A DNA stretch of 64,000 bases from an uncultured Clostridia bacterium. Its GTDB lineage: Bacteria; Bacillota; Clostridia; Christensenellales; Aristaeellaceae. The notes under the pieces are model-generated. The model worked only from the letters and a program-made list of their open reading frames with translations. It was not told the origin of the DNA and did no database searches. The stretch spans positions 6,832 to 70,831 of the forward strand of contig CANQKI010000002.1 of the NCBI GenBank assembly GCA_947624355.1, in the 5' to 3' direction. Position 1 is the first letter of the stretch; each line of letters begins with the position of its first letter. The position numbers and the translations under genes are program-made. This document shows, piece by piece, positions 30,815 to 39,440 of this stretch.

Positions 30815-31410
30815 AGGAGCTTTACCTCCATTTTTCCTCTTTCTTCCTTGCTCATATGCATCCGTATGCACACGGCCCCCGTGATAATCAGGAAGGCAAA
30901 GCACACGGCGGGGGCCACCCCCGTCAGCACCATGGCGGCCATGGAAAAGAGGTAGGCCGCGATGGTGCGGAAAAAGTGGGGCGAAATTTTGAGCCCCGTG
31001 GAAAACAGAATGAAGAACAGCGCCAGGGCAATAACGGGCTTCAGATAGGGAAAGAGCCCCAGCAAACAGCCGAAAGTAACGGCGATGCCTTTGCCGCCGT
31101 GAAACCGGTAAAAGACAGGCAGAATGTGCCCGATGACGGGGGCGGCGATGAGCATGGGCACGGCCCACTGTTGAAAATCCGGCACCCGCAGGAAAAAGTA
31201 CACCGGCAGGAACCCCTTGCCAAGTTCCCCCACCAGTGTCGCGGTGCCGCACCAAAAGCCGCCGAATTTATACGCATTGGCCACGCCGGGGTTCTGGTCC
31301 GGGCTCAGGCGGTACATTGCCCGCTTTCCGAACAGATCCCCCATCACGTTGGCAAAGAGCACGCTGCCCGATAAATACGCCAGAAGAAGAAGCCCTAGGG
31401 TGGTCCGCAT
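30802..31410 (-). CDS. plsY: Glycerol-3-phosphate acyltransferase PlsY
   Basis: YLSGSVLFANV..., NPGVANAYKFGG and GKGFLP motifs, 202 aa, ATG at 31410. Confidence 0.88.
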   Translation of the reverse strand: MRTTLGLLLLAYLSGSVLFANVMGDLFGKRAMYRLSPDQNPGVANAYKFGGFWCGTATLVGELGKGFLPVYFFLRVPDFQQWAVPMLIAAPVIGHILPVFYRFHGGKGIAVTFGCLLGLFPYLKPVIALALFFILFSTGLKISPHFFRTIAAYLFSMAAMVLTGVAPAVCFAFLIITGAVCIRMHMSKEERGKMEVKLLWMR

Positions 31411-31582
31411 GGCGATCCGCTTCCTTTGTGCCGGGAAAAGCCGCGTGGGTCTTTCCCGATGGAATTGAAAGTTCAGAAAGGCATTATACTCTTTTTTCAG
31501 AAAAATGCAAGTTCCGGGCGGCCCTTGCATTTTTCGCCCGTTTTCGCTACAATACCAGGGAACGCAGAGGGAGGGGACGGAA

Positions 31583-32344
31583 ATGGGCAATTTTGAAAAC
31601 TATGTGCTTTTGTTTTTCGCCTGCGCCGTGCTGGGCTGGTTGATGGAGGTCGTGTGCAAGCTGGTGCAGTTCGGACGGTTCATTAATCGGGGTTTTCTCC
31701 TGGGGCCTTATTGCCCCATTTACGGTTTCGGGGCCGTGCTGGTGACGGCTGTTTTGAACCGCCACGCGGATACGCCCCTCAGCGTGTTTCTGCTGGCCAT
31801 GGCCCTTTGCGGCGCGCTGGAATACGTCACCAGCTACGTGATGGAAAAGGTGTTCCACGCCCGGTGGTGGGATTACGGGAGCAGGAGGTTCAACCTGAAC
31901 GGCCGGGTCTGCGCCAACACGCTGATTCCCTTCGGTCTGCTGGGCCTCGCGCTTGTTTACTGGATTCAGCCCTTTTTCTTCGGCCTGTTTGACCGGCTTC
32001 CGGCGAATGGAAAAACGGGCTTGTGCGTGGGGCTCGTCTGCCTCATGGCGGCGGACGCGGCGGTGTCCGCAAAGGTGCTGCACAAGGTCACCCGCACGGC
32101 CGCCCTTTCCCAGGGGGACGACACCGAGACCGTCACCCGCCTGGTGCGGGAAGAGCTGTTCCGTAAGGGCTGGCTCCACCGCAGGCTGCTCCGGGCCTAC
32201 CCGGATGTGCGGCTCTATAACGCCCGGATCCTGCAGAAAATCCGGGAGGACCGGGACCGGGTGCGCGCCGAGCTCCGGGACGCCCGGCAACGGCTCCGGG
32301 ACGACCTGGCGGAATACGAAAACCGCTTGAAGAACAAAAAGTAA
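31583..32344 (+). CDS. Membrane protein, putative ABC-transporter type IV (PF06541-like), with a C-terminal coiled coil
   Basis: AVLGWLMEVVCKLVQFGRFINRGFLLGPYCPIYGFGAV signature, and 4-5 TM helices. Confidence 0.5.
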   Translation: MGNFENYVLLFFACAVLGWLMEVVCKLVQFGRFINRGFLLGPYCPIYGFGAVLVTAVLNRHADTPLSVFLLAMALCGALEYVTSYVMEKVFHARWWDYGSRRFNLNGRVCANTLIPFGLLGLALVYWIQPFFFGLFDRLPANGKTGLCVGLVCLMAADAAVSAKVLHKVTRTAALSQGDDTETVTRLVREELFRKGWLHRRLLRAYPDVRLYNARILQKIREDRDRVRAELRDARQRLRDDLAEYENRLKNKK

Positions 32345-32391
32345 CGCTGCAAGTATTCCGGCCATGCCGCCTGAATTTGCCGATTTCCTGT

Positions 32392-32415
32392 GGCCGCTTC
32401 TTAGCGGCCTTTTTA
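32392..32415 (+). terminator. Rho-independent terminator
   Basis: GGCCGCT (32392-32398) / AGCGGCC (32403-32409) followed by TTTTT. Confidence 0.6.
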
Positions 32416-32517
32416 ATAAACAGCGGCCTTTTACCGTATTTTCCCGAAAAAATTTTGGGTTTTGGTAGAAATCGCGCGGAAATTCGCGTCTATACAGGTG
32501 AAAGGAGGTGGGCAGCG

Positions 32518-33033
32518 ATGGAAGTTGTCAGGGACCGTGACATCTCCCATGAAGAAATTTTTGCGCGAATGGTCGCGCAATATGAAGTATCTGTGCTGCG
32601 CACATGCTACATGTACCTCCGCGACAGGCAGCTGGCCGAAGATGCAAAGCAGGAAACGTTTCTGAAAGCGTACAGGGCCCTGCATACCTTCCGCGGGGAA
32701 AGCAACGAAAAAACCTGGCTCATGCGGATTGCGATCAACACCTGCCGCGATATGCAGCGGAGCGCCTATTTCCGGTTCGTAGACCGGAGAATTCCATTGG
32801 ACACGCTGCCTCTGTCCGTTCCGGATACGGATTTCGGCGAGGCGGACGATCTGACGCGGGCCATCATGGAGCTGCCGGCAAAATACAAAGAGGTCATTCT
32901 GCTGCATTTCTATCAGGACATGACCTTCCGTGAAATTGCCGCCGCGCTGCATATCGCGGTGCCGACAGTGGGCAAACGAATCAAGGCTGCCTGCAGCAAA
33001 CTGGGAATCATTCTGGAAGGAGGCCGCGTATGA
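32518..33033 (+). CDS. ECF-type RNA polymerase sigma-70 factor
   Basis: Region 2 (AEDAKQETFLKAYRALHTFRGESNEKTWLMRIAINTCRD) and a region 4 HTH (MTFREIAAALHIAVPTVGKRI). AAAGGAGG RBS. Confidence 0.88.
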   Translation: MEVVRDRDISHEEIFARMVAQYEVSVLRTCYMYLRDRQLAEDAKQETFLKAYRALHTFRGESNEKTWLMRIAINTCRDMQRSAYFRFVDRRIPLDTLPLSVPDTDFGEADDLTRAIMELPAKYKEVILLHFYQDMTFREIAAALHIAVPTVGKRIKAACSKLGIILEGGRV

Positions 33034-34319
33034 CGACGGAACAGCTGCGCAAAGAAATTCATACAGGGATTGACCGGCATTGCGCTCCGCTCACCTCCGA
33101 CCCGTATCTCATGCAGAAGGTGCTGCGTGCGGCGAACGCGAAAGGGGAACGTGGCGGCCGGAAAACAAAAAAGCGCATTCCGCTGGCGCTGGCGCTGGGC
33201 ATCCTGCTGCTCTGCGTCACGGCAGGTGCGGGGGCGGCGATGCTGCTGTGGCGGGATTATGTGCCGCAGATGAAGCAGGAAGAACATGAACTGGGGGATT
33301 ACGCGGAGTGGCCGGACGCCCAGCGGATTCAGCTGGCGAAAGACATCCTGGCCATGGGCTATCTGGAGGATTCGGAGGATACCAGGATTCTGTCCGACGA
33401 AACGGCGACTGAACAGGAAAAAGCGGCGGCTGCCGACCGGCTGATGCTGCAGCTTACCGGGGAGGACGACGTCAGGGAGGTTCACTCCACCCTGATTACT
33501 TACGCCATCATGGGGCATGAAGATACATGGACGCCCGCACAGCGGGCATGGTGGAACGGCATCATCACCATGTATGGGGATGACGGGGCGCCGGATACGC
33601 TGATTGTTCCGACAGAAGAGGATCTGCCGGAGGAAGAAGCCGTTCGGATTGCCCGGGCCGCCGTGATGGAGGCTTACGGTTTTGACGAAGCCTACATGGA
33701 TGAGCTTACGCCGGTTGCCGATCTGTATGTGACGGACGCGCGGCCGGACTACAAACGCTGGGTCGTTCAGTTTAAAAAGTATCGGGAAGGCAGCGACCAC
33801 TATTTGGAGAAGAACTACAGCGTCGTTGTGGACGAAAACGGCGAAGTAATTGCCGATCCTGATATTGGAATCGATCTTCCGGAATCTATGGCGGCGTATG
33901 CCAGCGATGAGAACACAGATAAGGCAGAAACCGTCAATCCGAAAACTGCAGAGGTTTACAGCCTGTACGGCAGCCAAGTGAACGGACGAAACGTTTGGCG
34001 TTTATCCATGGTTGAAAAAGCCGCTATGCTTGGGGAAGACAATGGCATTCCGGGAGAAGGGGCAATTGATGAAGCGGAGGCTGTTCGGATTGCCCGTAAT
34101 CGTTTGGCGTCTATCGGATATGATCTGGACTCCTACGCGGTAAGCGTCTGGTATAAATTGTACGACCGCGCCGCAACGGATATTTCAGCCTCTGACCCAT
34201 TCTACATTGTATATTTCCTTGACGATACAGATAGCCCTGAAAATGTATTCTCCGTAACCCTGGATGCCGCTGACGGAGAAATACGCGATACCTTTACGCC
34301 AGGAACAGTGAATCATTGA
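33030..34319 (+). CDS. Putative anti-sigma factor: single-pass membrane protein with two PepSY-like extracytoplasmic modules
   Basis: ATGA overlap with the sigma gene. One TM helix (IPLALALGILLLCVTAGAGAAMLLW). The AEAVRIAR...VDxxxGE module is duplicated. Confidence 0.55.
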   Translation: MTTEQLRKEIHTGIDRHCAPLTSDPYLMQKVLRAANAKGERGGRKTKKRIPLALALGILLLCVTAGAGAAMLLWRDYVPQMKQEEHELGDYAEWPDAQRIQLAKDILAMGYLEDSEDTRILSDETATEQEKAAAADRLMLQLTGEDDVREVHSTLITYAIMGHEDTWTPAQRAWWNGIITMYGDDGAPDTLIVPTEEDLPEEEAVRIARAAVMEAYGFDEAYMDELTPVADLYVTDARPDYKRWVVQFKKYREGSDHYLEKNYSVVVDENGEVIADPDIGIDLPESMAAYASDENTDKAETVNPKTAEVYSLYGSQVNGRNVWRLSMVEKAAMLGEDNGIPGEGAIDEAEAVRIARNRLASIGYDLDSYAVSVWYKLYDRAATDISASDPFYIVYFLDDTDSPENVFSVTLDAADGEIRDTFTPGTVNH

Positions 34320-34326
34320 TGAGACA

Positions 34327-34353
34327 GGGGGAGCTGCCACAGGCAGCTCCCCC
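34327..34353. terminator. GC-rich hairpin between convergent genes
   Basis: 12-bp stem GGGGGAGCTGCC / GGCAGCTCCCCC with a 3-nt loop. No clear T-tract on either strand. Confidence 0.4.
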
Positions 34354-34356
34354 TCA

Positions 34357-34385
34357 AGGTATCGAAAACTTGTTTTAGCACCCGT
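34357..34385. repeat. Degenerate copy of the GGGTGTCGAAAAC...TTTCGACACCC palindromic element
   Basis: AAGGTATCGAAAACTTGTTTTAGCACCCG aligns with 4938-4967 with four substitutions that break the stem. Confidence 0.35.
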
Positions 34386-36739
34386 TATTCTCTTTGTATG
34401 AGTGACAGCATTTCATCTCCCCGGGCGATGAATTCATTCAAAGTGATGTTCCCGTCCGCGTACCGCTTTGTCAGTTCGGCAAAGCTTTGCCCCGCATCCG
34501 TGCCGGCGTCCAGGGGGCTGGGGGCGGATACGAAGGCGCGGGCCATGATCTCCCGGAAAACGCGGATATCTTCGGCGGACAGCACCCAACGATTCATTTC
34601 CAGCTCCCGCAGCACGTCCTCCCGGTAGGCTTCGTAATTTTCCGTTCCCTTGGCACTGTCGATGAGGTACCGGGCGTCCTCCGCCATGGCGGCATAGTTT
34701 GGGTTTTCGATGGGATCGTTCCAATCGGGATACAGCTTCGTTTTCTCCCCGTCGTCCAGGGTCTGCACAAAGGCGTTCAGGTATTCCCAGGCTTCGGCCT
34801 GGCGATGGCCGTAGGGGTTGACAATAGCCACCGTCACGCCGCAGGGAGTAACCGCGTCTCCGCCTGCCAGGGTAAAGGGCAGGAGCTGCATGGTTTCGTT
34901 GACGGAGGAGAAATCGGCGTCCAGCGTGAGCAGCGGGCGCATGACGACGCCCATGTCGGAGAGGGTTTCTTCATCAAAGGTGAAAGCGCTCCGGAGGGCG
35001 TCGGCATCCAGCCCTTCGATGGCGGAAAGGACGGCCCGCAGTCCGGGGTCGTCCAGGGTAACGGCCTCGCCCCGCGCCTGGCATTCCCATACCCGCTGCC
35101 GGAGGGCCATGCCGACCAGGGATTCCCTGGACAGGCTTTCGGGCAGGAACAGGTCACCCAGCGCCAGATCGGGCAATTCGCCCTCCATCCATGCCCGGGC
35201 TAAATCAATCAGAGAAAGGAAATCGGCGGGCGGGTCATGGAGGCCCAGCCGGGCCAGCATTTCCGGGTCATAGCAGGAGGCGACGGGCGCAATGCCCACG
35301 GGCACGGCGCACATGCTTCCCTGCCGGGATACGGCTTCCCGGACGATGGGATACAGGGCGGAAAAGTGTTCCTGCAGGGCGGTCAGGCTTTCGGGGGCCG
35401 CCGGGGCATAGCCCTTTTGAAGCAGGACATTCAAATCAAAATCATTCGTGGAAAAGACGTAAATATCGTACGTGTCGTCGCGGGTCAGCAGCATTTCCTG
35501 CAGGCCGTTCGCGTCCCGAAGCCCCGCGGACACGGCGTCGGCGTCCACGCCGCTCATGCGGGCGGCCGCTTTCATGACGTCGTCGTCCAAAGAAAAGCCG
35601 TCGCAGCCGATAACCAGGGGGCTTTGATACCCCGCCTCCACGTTGCGGATGTACACGCCCTCCAGATCGGCGGTGCAGTAGTAGGTGTCCCGCACCAGGG
35701 CGCTGCAGCGGCCAAAGGGTACGTACGACCAGCCGAAATTGGAAATGGACGCGTTCTTTTCGATGCTTTTCAGGCCGGGCAGGCAGTACACCGTGCCGTC
35801 CGATTCTTCGGTCACATAGGCGCAGTCCTTGGCCGGGCTGTATTCCAGGCCCATGAACACCCCAATGGAATCGCTGATGGGGGTCAGGTTCAGCTTCTGC
35901 TCCAGGAAATCTTCGGCGGGGTCGTAAACGCAGAGCCAGGGGGCCCTTTCCCCGTTCTGCTCAAATTCCGCGATGGCCAGCAGTCTGCCGTCCCGGTACG
36001 GGGCCAATTCCCGGATGCCCCGGGTCTTTTTGGAACCGCCTTCGCCGGTTGAGAGGCTGTACGCCCCCAGGGTGCGGGTCTCCGCATCCTCGTTCCAATT
36101 GATGAAGTACAGCATGCCGTCCTGCACCACGGGGGAGAGAATCTGGCAGTATTCTTTTTTATCCGAACCGCGTTTCACGTTTTTGAGGTTCAGCTTCATC
36201 ATATCCGTATAAACGCCCCGGCCGTTTTCCCACTCGATGGAAAAGAGCAGCCCGCTGTTCAGGTTCAGGCCGCAGAGGCAGCCGTCGATATCGAGCATCA
36301 TGTCGATGAAATACTTGCCCTTGAGCAGGGGCTGGCGTACGGCGTCCCGATAATAGACGTCCACATGCCGCACGATGGCGTCAATGACCGTGGCGGAATC
36401 GGCGTCCCCCGGGGTGTAGGAGCGGAGGGAGAGGCCGTCGTTGACATAGAGCGTGTCCCCGATGACGATCATGCTTTTGTTGGTAGCGTATTCGTTTTCC
36501 TGGCGCTGCATCACGTTAAAGCCCGTGTTGAGCAGGGCATAGGTGCCCGCCGTTCCCGCCGCCAGCAGCAGGAATACCAGCCCGGCGGCCAGAACGGGCA
36601 GCCGGAAAAGACCCGTATGCCGGCGTTTTTTGTCCTTTTCCGCGGCCATGCGCCGGGTCTGCTTCAGCGCGTCGAACACGGCGTTTTTAAAGCCCTCGGG
36701 GGCCGGATTAAAGGCATCTTTCAAATCGGATTTCCGCAT
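34385..36739 (-). CDS. Large membrane-anchored anti-sigma-like protein with an extracytoplasmic sensor region
   Basis: 784 aa. Its start overlaps the ECF sigma gene by 32 nt, with GGAGG 6 nt upstream. There is a short cytoplasmic N-terminus and one TM (LPVLAAGLVFLLLAAGTAGTYALL). The C-terminal half resembles solute-binding-protein folds by eye. Confidence 0.5.
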   Translation of the reverse strand: MRKSDLKDAFNPAPEGFKNAVFDALKQTRRMAAEKDKKRRHTGLFRLPVLAAGLVFLLLAAGTAGTYALLNTGFNVMQRQENEYATNKSMIVIGDTLYVNDGLSLRSYTPGDADSATVIDAIVRHVDVYYRDAVRQPLLKGKYFIDMMLDIDGCLCGLNLNSGLLFSIEWENGRGVYTDMMKLNLKNVKRGSDKKEYCQILSPVVQDGMLYFINWNEDAETRTLGAYSLSTGEGGSKKTRGIRELAPYRDGRLLAIAEFEQNGERAPWLCVYDPAEDFLEQKLNLTPISDSIGVFMGLEYSPAKDCAYVTEESDGTVYCLPGLKSIEKNASISNFGWSYVPFGRCSALVRDTYYCTADLEGVYIRNVEAGYQSPLVIGCDGFSLDDDVMKAAARMSGVDADAVSAGLRDANGLQEMLLTRDDTYDIYVFSTNDFDLNVLLQKGYAPAAPESLTALQEHFSALYPIVREAVSRQGSMCAVPVGIAPVASCYDPEMLARLGLHDPPADFLSLIDLARAWMEGELPDLALGDLFLPESLSRESLVGMALRQRVWECQARGEAVTLDDPGLRAVLSAIEGLDADALRSAFTFDEETLSDMGVVMRPLLTLDADFSSVNETMQLLPFTLAGGDAVTPCGVTVAIVNPYGHRQAEAWEYLNAFVQTLDDGEKTKLYPDWNDPIENPNYAAMAEDARYLIDSAKGTENYEAYREDVLRELEMNRWVLSAEDIRVFREIMARAFVSAPSPLDAGTDAGQSFAELTKRYADGNITLNEFIARGDEMLSLIQRE

Positions 36740-37211
36740 CTTCTTCCTCCATATCCTCGTTCAGGATTCTTTTCAGGCCCGCCCGCGCCCGGGACAGCCG
36801 GGATTTCACGGCGGGCACGCTGGCGTGCAGGATAAAGGCTACGTCGCTCAGCGCCATTCCCTCCAGGTAGTGCAGCACGATCACCAGCCTGTCCTTTTTG
36901 GGCAGCTCCTCCAGAGCGAAGCGCAATTCCGTGTTGGGCGGCGGCGCGGGCGGGTCGAAGGGCGGCGCGTCCACCAGCACTTCGTTTTTCCGTTTGCGGA
37001 GGATGGCCCGGCAGCAGTTGGCCAGGATGCGCATGAGCCAGGGGCGGAATTTGCTTTCGTCCCGGAGGGTGGGCAGCTTTTCCCACGCCCGCAGCACGCA
37101 GGACTGCACCGCGTCCTCCCGATCCACCTCGTTTCGCAAGATGGAGGAGGCCAGGCGGTACATGGGCTGCATTTCGGCAAGCACCCTCGCCTCAAATTCC
37201 TGATGGGTCAA
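36708..37211 (-). CDS. ECF-type RNA polymerase sigma-70 factor
   Basis: Region 2 (REDAVQSCVLRAWEKLPTLRDESKFRPWLMRILANCCR) and region 4 (LSDVAFILHASVPAVKSRLSRAR). Confidence 0.88.
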   Translation of the reverse strand: MTHQEFEARVLAEMQPMYRLASSILRNEVDREDAVQSCVLRAWEKLPTLRDESKFRPWLMRILANCCRAILRKRKNEVLVDAPPFDPPAPPPNTELRFALEELPKKDRLVIVLHYLEGMALSDVAFILHASVPAVKSRLSRARAGLKRILNEDMEEEDAEIRFERCL

Positions 37212-37320
37212 AACGTTTTTTCACTCCCCTCGTTTTAACGTTTTCACCTTATAGATGCCGGGCAGGGCCGTCAGGTTTCGCGGAAATTCAAATTTTCCGT
37301 AATTTTTTTCGCCCCGTATC

Positions 37321-37349
37321 TTGACATTCCTGCACGGGCATGCTATTCT
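37321..37349 (+). promoter_or_regulatory. Candidate sigma-A promoter of the Rrf2-nifS-nifU operon
   Basis: TTGACA (37321-37326), 17-nt spacer, TGcTATTCT with the -10 at 37344-37349. Confidence 0.5.
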
Positions 37350-37353
37350 TACA

Positions 37354-37387
37354 TCCGGAAATCCGATTAAATCAGTCGGAATTCGGA
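37354..37387. promoter_or_regulatory. Imperfect inverted repeat, candidate Rrf2 operator
   Basis: TCCGGAAATCCGA (37354-37366) and TCGGAATTCGGA (37376-37387) form an imperfect palindrome just downstream of the -10 box. Confidence 0.3.
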
Positions 37388-37400
37388 AAGGGGGCCGCCC

Positions 37401-37826
37401 GTGAAGCTGTCCACCAAGGGAAAATACGGCGTGTACGCCATGCTCTACCTGGCCGAGCACGCGGGGGAGGGCCCCCAGGCCCTGAAGGCCATCGCCGAAT
37501 GGGGCCTGCCCGATCCGTACCTGGAGCAGATTCTGGGCTGCCTCCGCCGGGCCGGGCTGGTGACCACTGTGCGGGGGGCCCAGGGCGGATACCAGCTGTC
37601 CCGCCCGCCGGAGGAAATCACCGCCCGCCACATCATCGACGCCATGGAGGGGCCCCTGAGCCTGTCCGAGTGCGTGGGGGAGGCGGAGGAAGCGTGTCCC
37701 CGGGGCGGCCAGTGCGCTGCCAAAGGCGTGTGGGCCTACCTGACGGCGGAAATCAACCGCCTGCTGGAGGGCATCACCCTCAAAGACATGCTGGAAAACA
37801 ATATTTGCGCAAACGCGGAAAAATAA
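37401..37826 (+). CDS. Rrf2 family transcriptional regulator (IscR/CymR-like)
   Basis: MKLSTKGKYGVYAMLYLA N-terminal wHTH signature and a Cys cluster (SECVGEAEEACPRGGQC). GTG start. Confidence 0.88.
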   Translation: MKLSTKGKYGVYAMLYLAEHAGEGPQALKAIAEWGLPDPYLEQILGCLRRAGLVTTVRGAQGGYQLSRPPEEITARHIIDAMEGPLSLSECVGEAEEACPRGGQCAAKGVWAYLTAEINRLLEGITLKDMLENNICANAEK

Positions 37827-37841
37827 GGAGAGGAACAGCAC

Positions 37842-39020
37842 ATGGATCGCATTTACATGGATAACGCGGCCACCACGGCCATCGCCCCCGAAGCGCTGGC
37901 GGCCATGCTGCCCTGCTTCGGGCAGAATTACGGCAACGCTTCCTCCATTCACTCCACCGGCCGGGACGCCCGGAAAGCCCTGGAGGAGGCCCGGCGCACG
38001 GTGGCGGGGCTGCTGGGGGCCAAGCCCGGCGAAATCTATTTCACCGCCGGCGGCACGGAAAGCGACAACTGGGCCATCAAAGGCGCGGCCTTCGCCAACC
38101 GCGGCAAGGGCAACCACATCATCACCTCCGCCATCGAGCACCACGCCGTGCTGCACACCTGCGAATGGCTGGAAAAGCAGGGCTTTGAGGTGACCTACCT
38201 GCCCGTGGACGAATACGGCCTGGTGAACCCCCAGGACGTGGAAAACGCCATCACGGACAAGACCATCCTTATTTCCATTATGGCGGCCAACAACGAAATC
38301 GGCACCATCGAGCCCGTGGCCGAAATCGGCAAGATTGCGAAGGCCCACAAGGTGCTCTTCCACTGCGACGCGGTGCAGGCTGTGGGGGCCATTCCCGTGA
38401 ACGTGGAGGACTGGCAGGTGGATATGCTGAGCCTTTCCGCTCACAAGTTCCACGGCCCCAAGGGCGTGGGGGCCCTGTACATCCGCACGGGGGTCAAGTG
38501 CGAAAACCATATGCACGGCGGGGCCCAGGAGCGGGGCCGCCGGGCCGCCACGGAAAACCTGCCCGGCATCGTGGGCATGGCGGCGGCGTTGCAGAAGGCC
38601 TGCGACCATATGGAGGAAAACGCCTGCCGCCTCATGCTCATGCGGGACAGGCTCATCAAGGGCATTCTGGACACCATTCCCTACACCCGCCTGAACGGTC
38701 ATCCGGTAAAGCGGCTGCCGGGGAACGTGAATGTGTCCGTGCAGTTTATCGAGGGCGAGGCGCTGCTGCTTCGCCTGGACCTGGCGGGCATCGCGGGGTC
38801 GTCGGGCTCGGCCTGCACGTCGGGTTCCCTGGACCCGTCCCATGTGCTGCTGGCCATCGGGCTGCCCCACGAAATCGCCCACGGCAGCCTGCGCCTTTCC
38901 CTGGGGGAAGGGAACACGGAAGAGGAAGTGGACGAGGTGCTGCGGGTGCTTCCTGAAATTGTTACAACTTTACGGGCCATGAGCCCCCTGTATGAGCAGT
39001 TTTTGAAGGAGGAAAAATGA
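37842..39020 (+). CDS. nifS: Cysteine desulfurase (NifS/IscS type)
   Basis: SAHKFHGPKG PLP-lysine motif and SSGSACTSG active-site Cys loop, 392 aa. Confidence 0.93.
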   Translation: MDRIYMDNAATTAIAPEALAAMLPCFGQNYGNASSIHSTGRDARKALEEARRTVAGLLGAKPGEIYFTAGGTESDNWAIKGAAFANRGKGNHIITSAIEHHAVLHTCEWLEKQGFEVTYLPVDEYGLVNPQDVENAITDKTILISIMAANNEIGTIEPVAEIGKIAKAHKVLFHCDAVQAVGAIPVNVEDWQVDMLSLSAHKFHGPKGVGALYIRTGVKCENHMHGGAQERGRRAATENLPGIVGMAAALQKACDHMEENACRLMLMRDRLIKGILDTIPYTRLNGHPVKRLPGNVNVSVQFIEGEALLLRLDLAGIAGSSGSACTSGSLDPSHVLLAIGLPHEIAHGSLRLSLGEGNTEEEVDEVLRVLPEIVTTLRAMSPLYEQFLKEEK

Positions 39021-39021
39021 A

Positions 39022-39396
39022 ATGTACAGCGAAAAAGTAATGGATCACTTTTCGAATCCCCGGAACGTGGGCGAAATCCCCGACGCCAACGGCGTGGGCA
39101 CGGTGGGCAACGCCAAGTGCGGCGACATCATGAAGATGTACCTGAAGGTGGAAAACGGCGTGATCGTGGACGTGAAGTTCAAGACCTTCGGCTGCGGCGC
39201 GGCCATCGCCACCTCCTCCATGGCCACCGAAATGGTGAAGGGCAAGACGCTGGAGGAAGCGCTGCAGCTCACCAACAAAGCCGTGGCCGAGGCCCTGGAT
39301 GGGCTGCCCCCCGTCAAAATGCACTGCTCGCTGCTGGCCGAGGAGGCCATCCACGCGGCGGTGGAGGATTACATGAAAAATCACCCCGGAGAATAA
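39022..39396 (+). CDS. nifU: Fe-S cluster assembly scaffold (NifU/IscU type)
   Basis: GNAKCGD, FGCGAAIA and HCS motifs carrying the three conserved Cys, 124 aa. Confidence 0.93.
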   Translation: MYSEKVMDHFSNPRNVGEIPDANGVGTVGNAKCGDIMKMYLKVENGVIVDVKFKTFGCGAAIATSSMATEMVKGKTLEEALQLTNKAVAEALDGLPPVKMHCSLLAEEAIHAAVEDYMKNHPGE

Positions 39397-39440
39397 AGGC
39401 CTCTCATGCCGCTTTCTTCGGGGAATGAAGGAGCAAGGCA

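Noticed and set aside
24442-31590. Long N-terminal extensions in track ORFs (24442-26322, 25848-27140, 29702-31255, 30802-31590, also 6743-7996)
   Set aside because: The extensions are Pro/Arg/Gly-rich and overlap the preceding real gene in another frame. Internal ATG/GTG starts coincide with family N-termini, RBSs or ATGA coupling.
37221-38882. 553-aa minus-strand ORF opposite Rrf2 and nifS
   Set aside because: nifS and Rrf2 are recognisable on the plus strand. The minus frame crosses an intergenic promoter region and has no motif.
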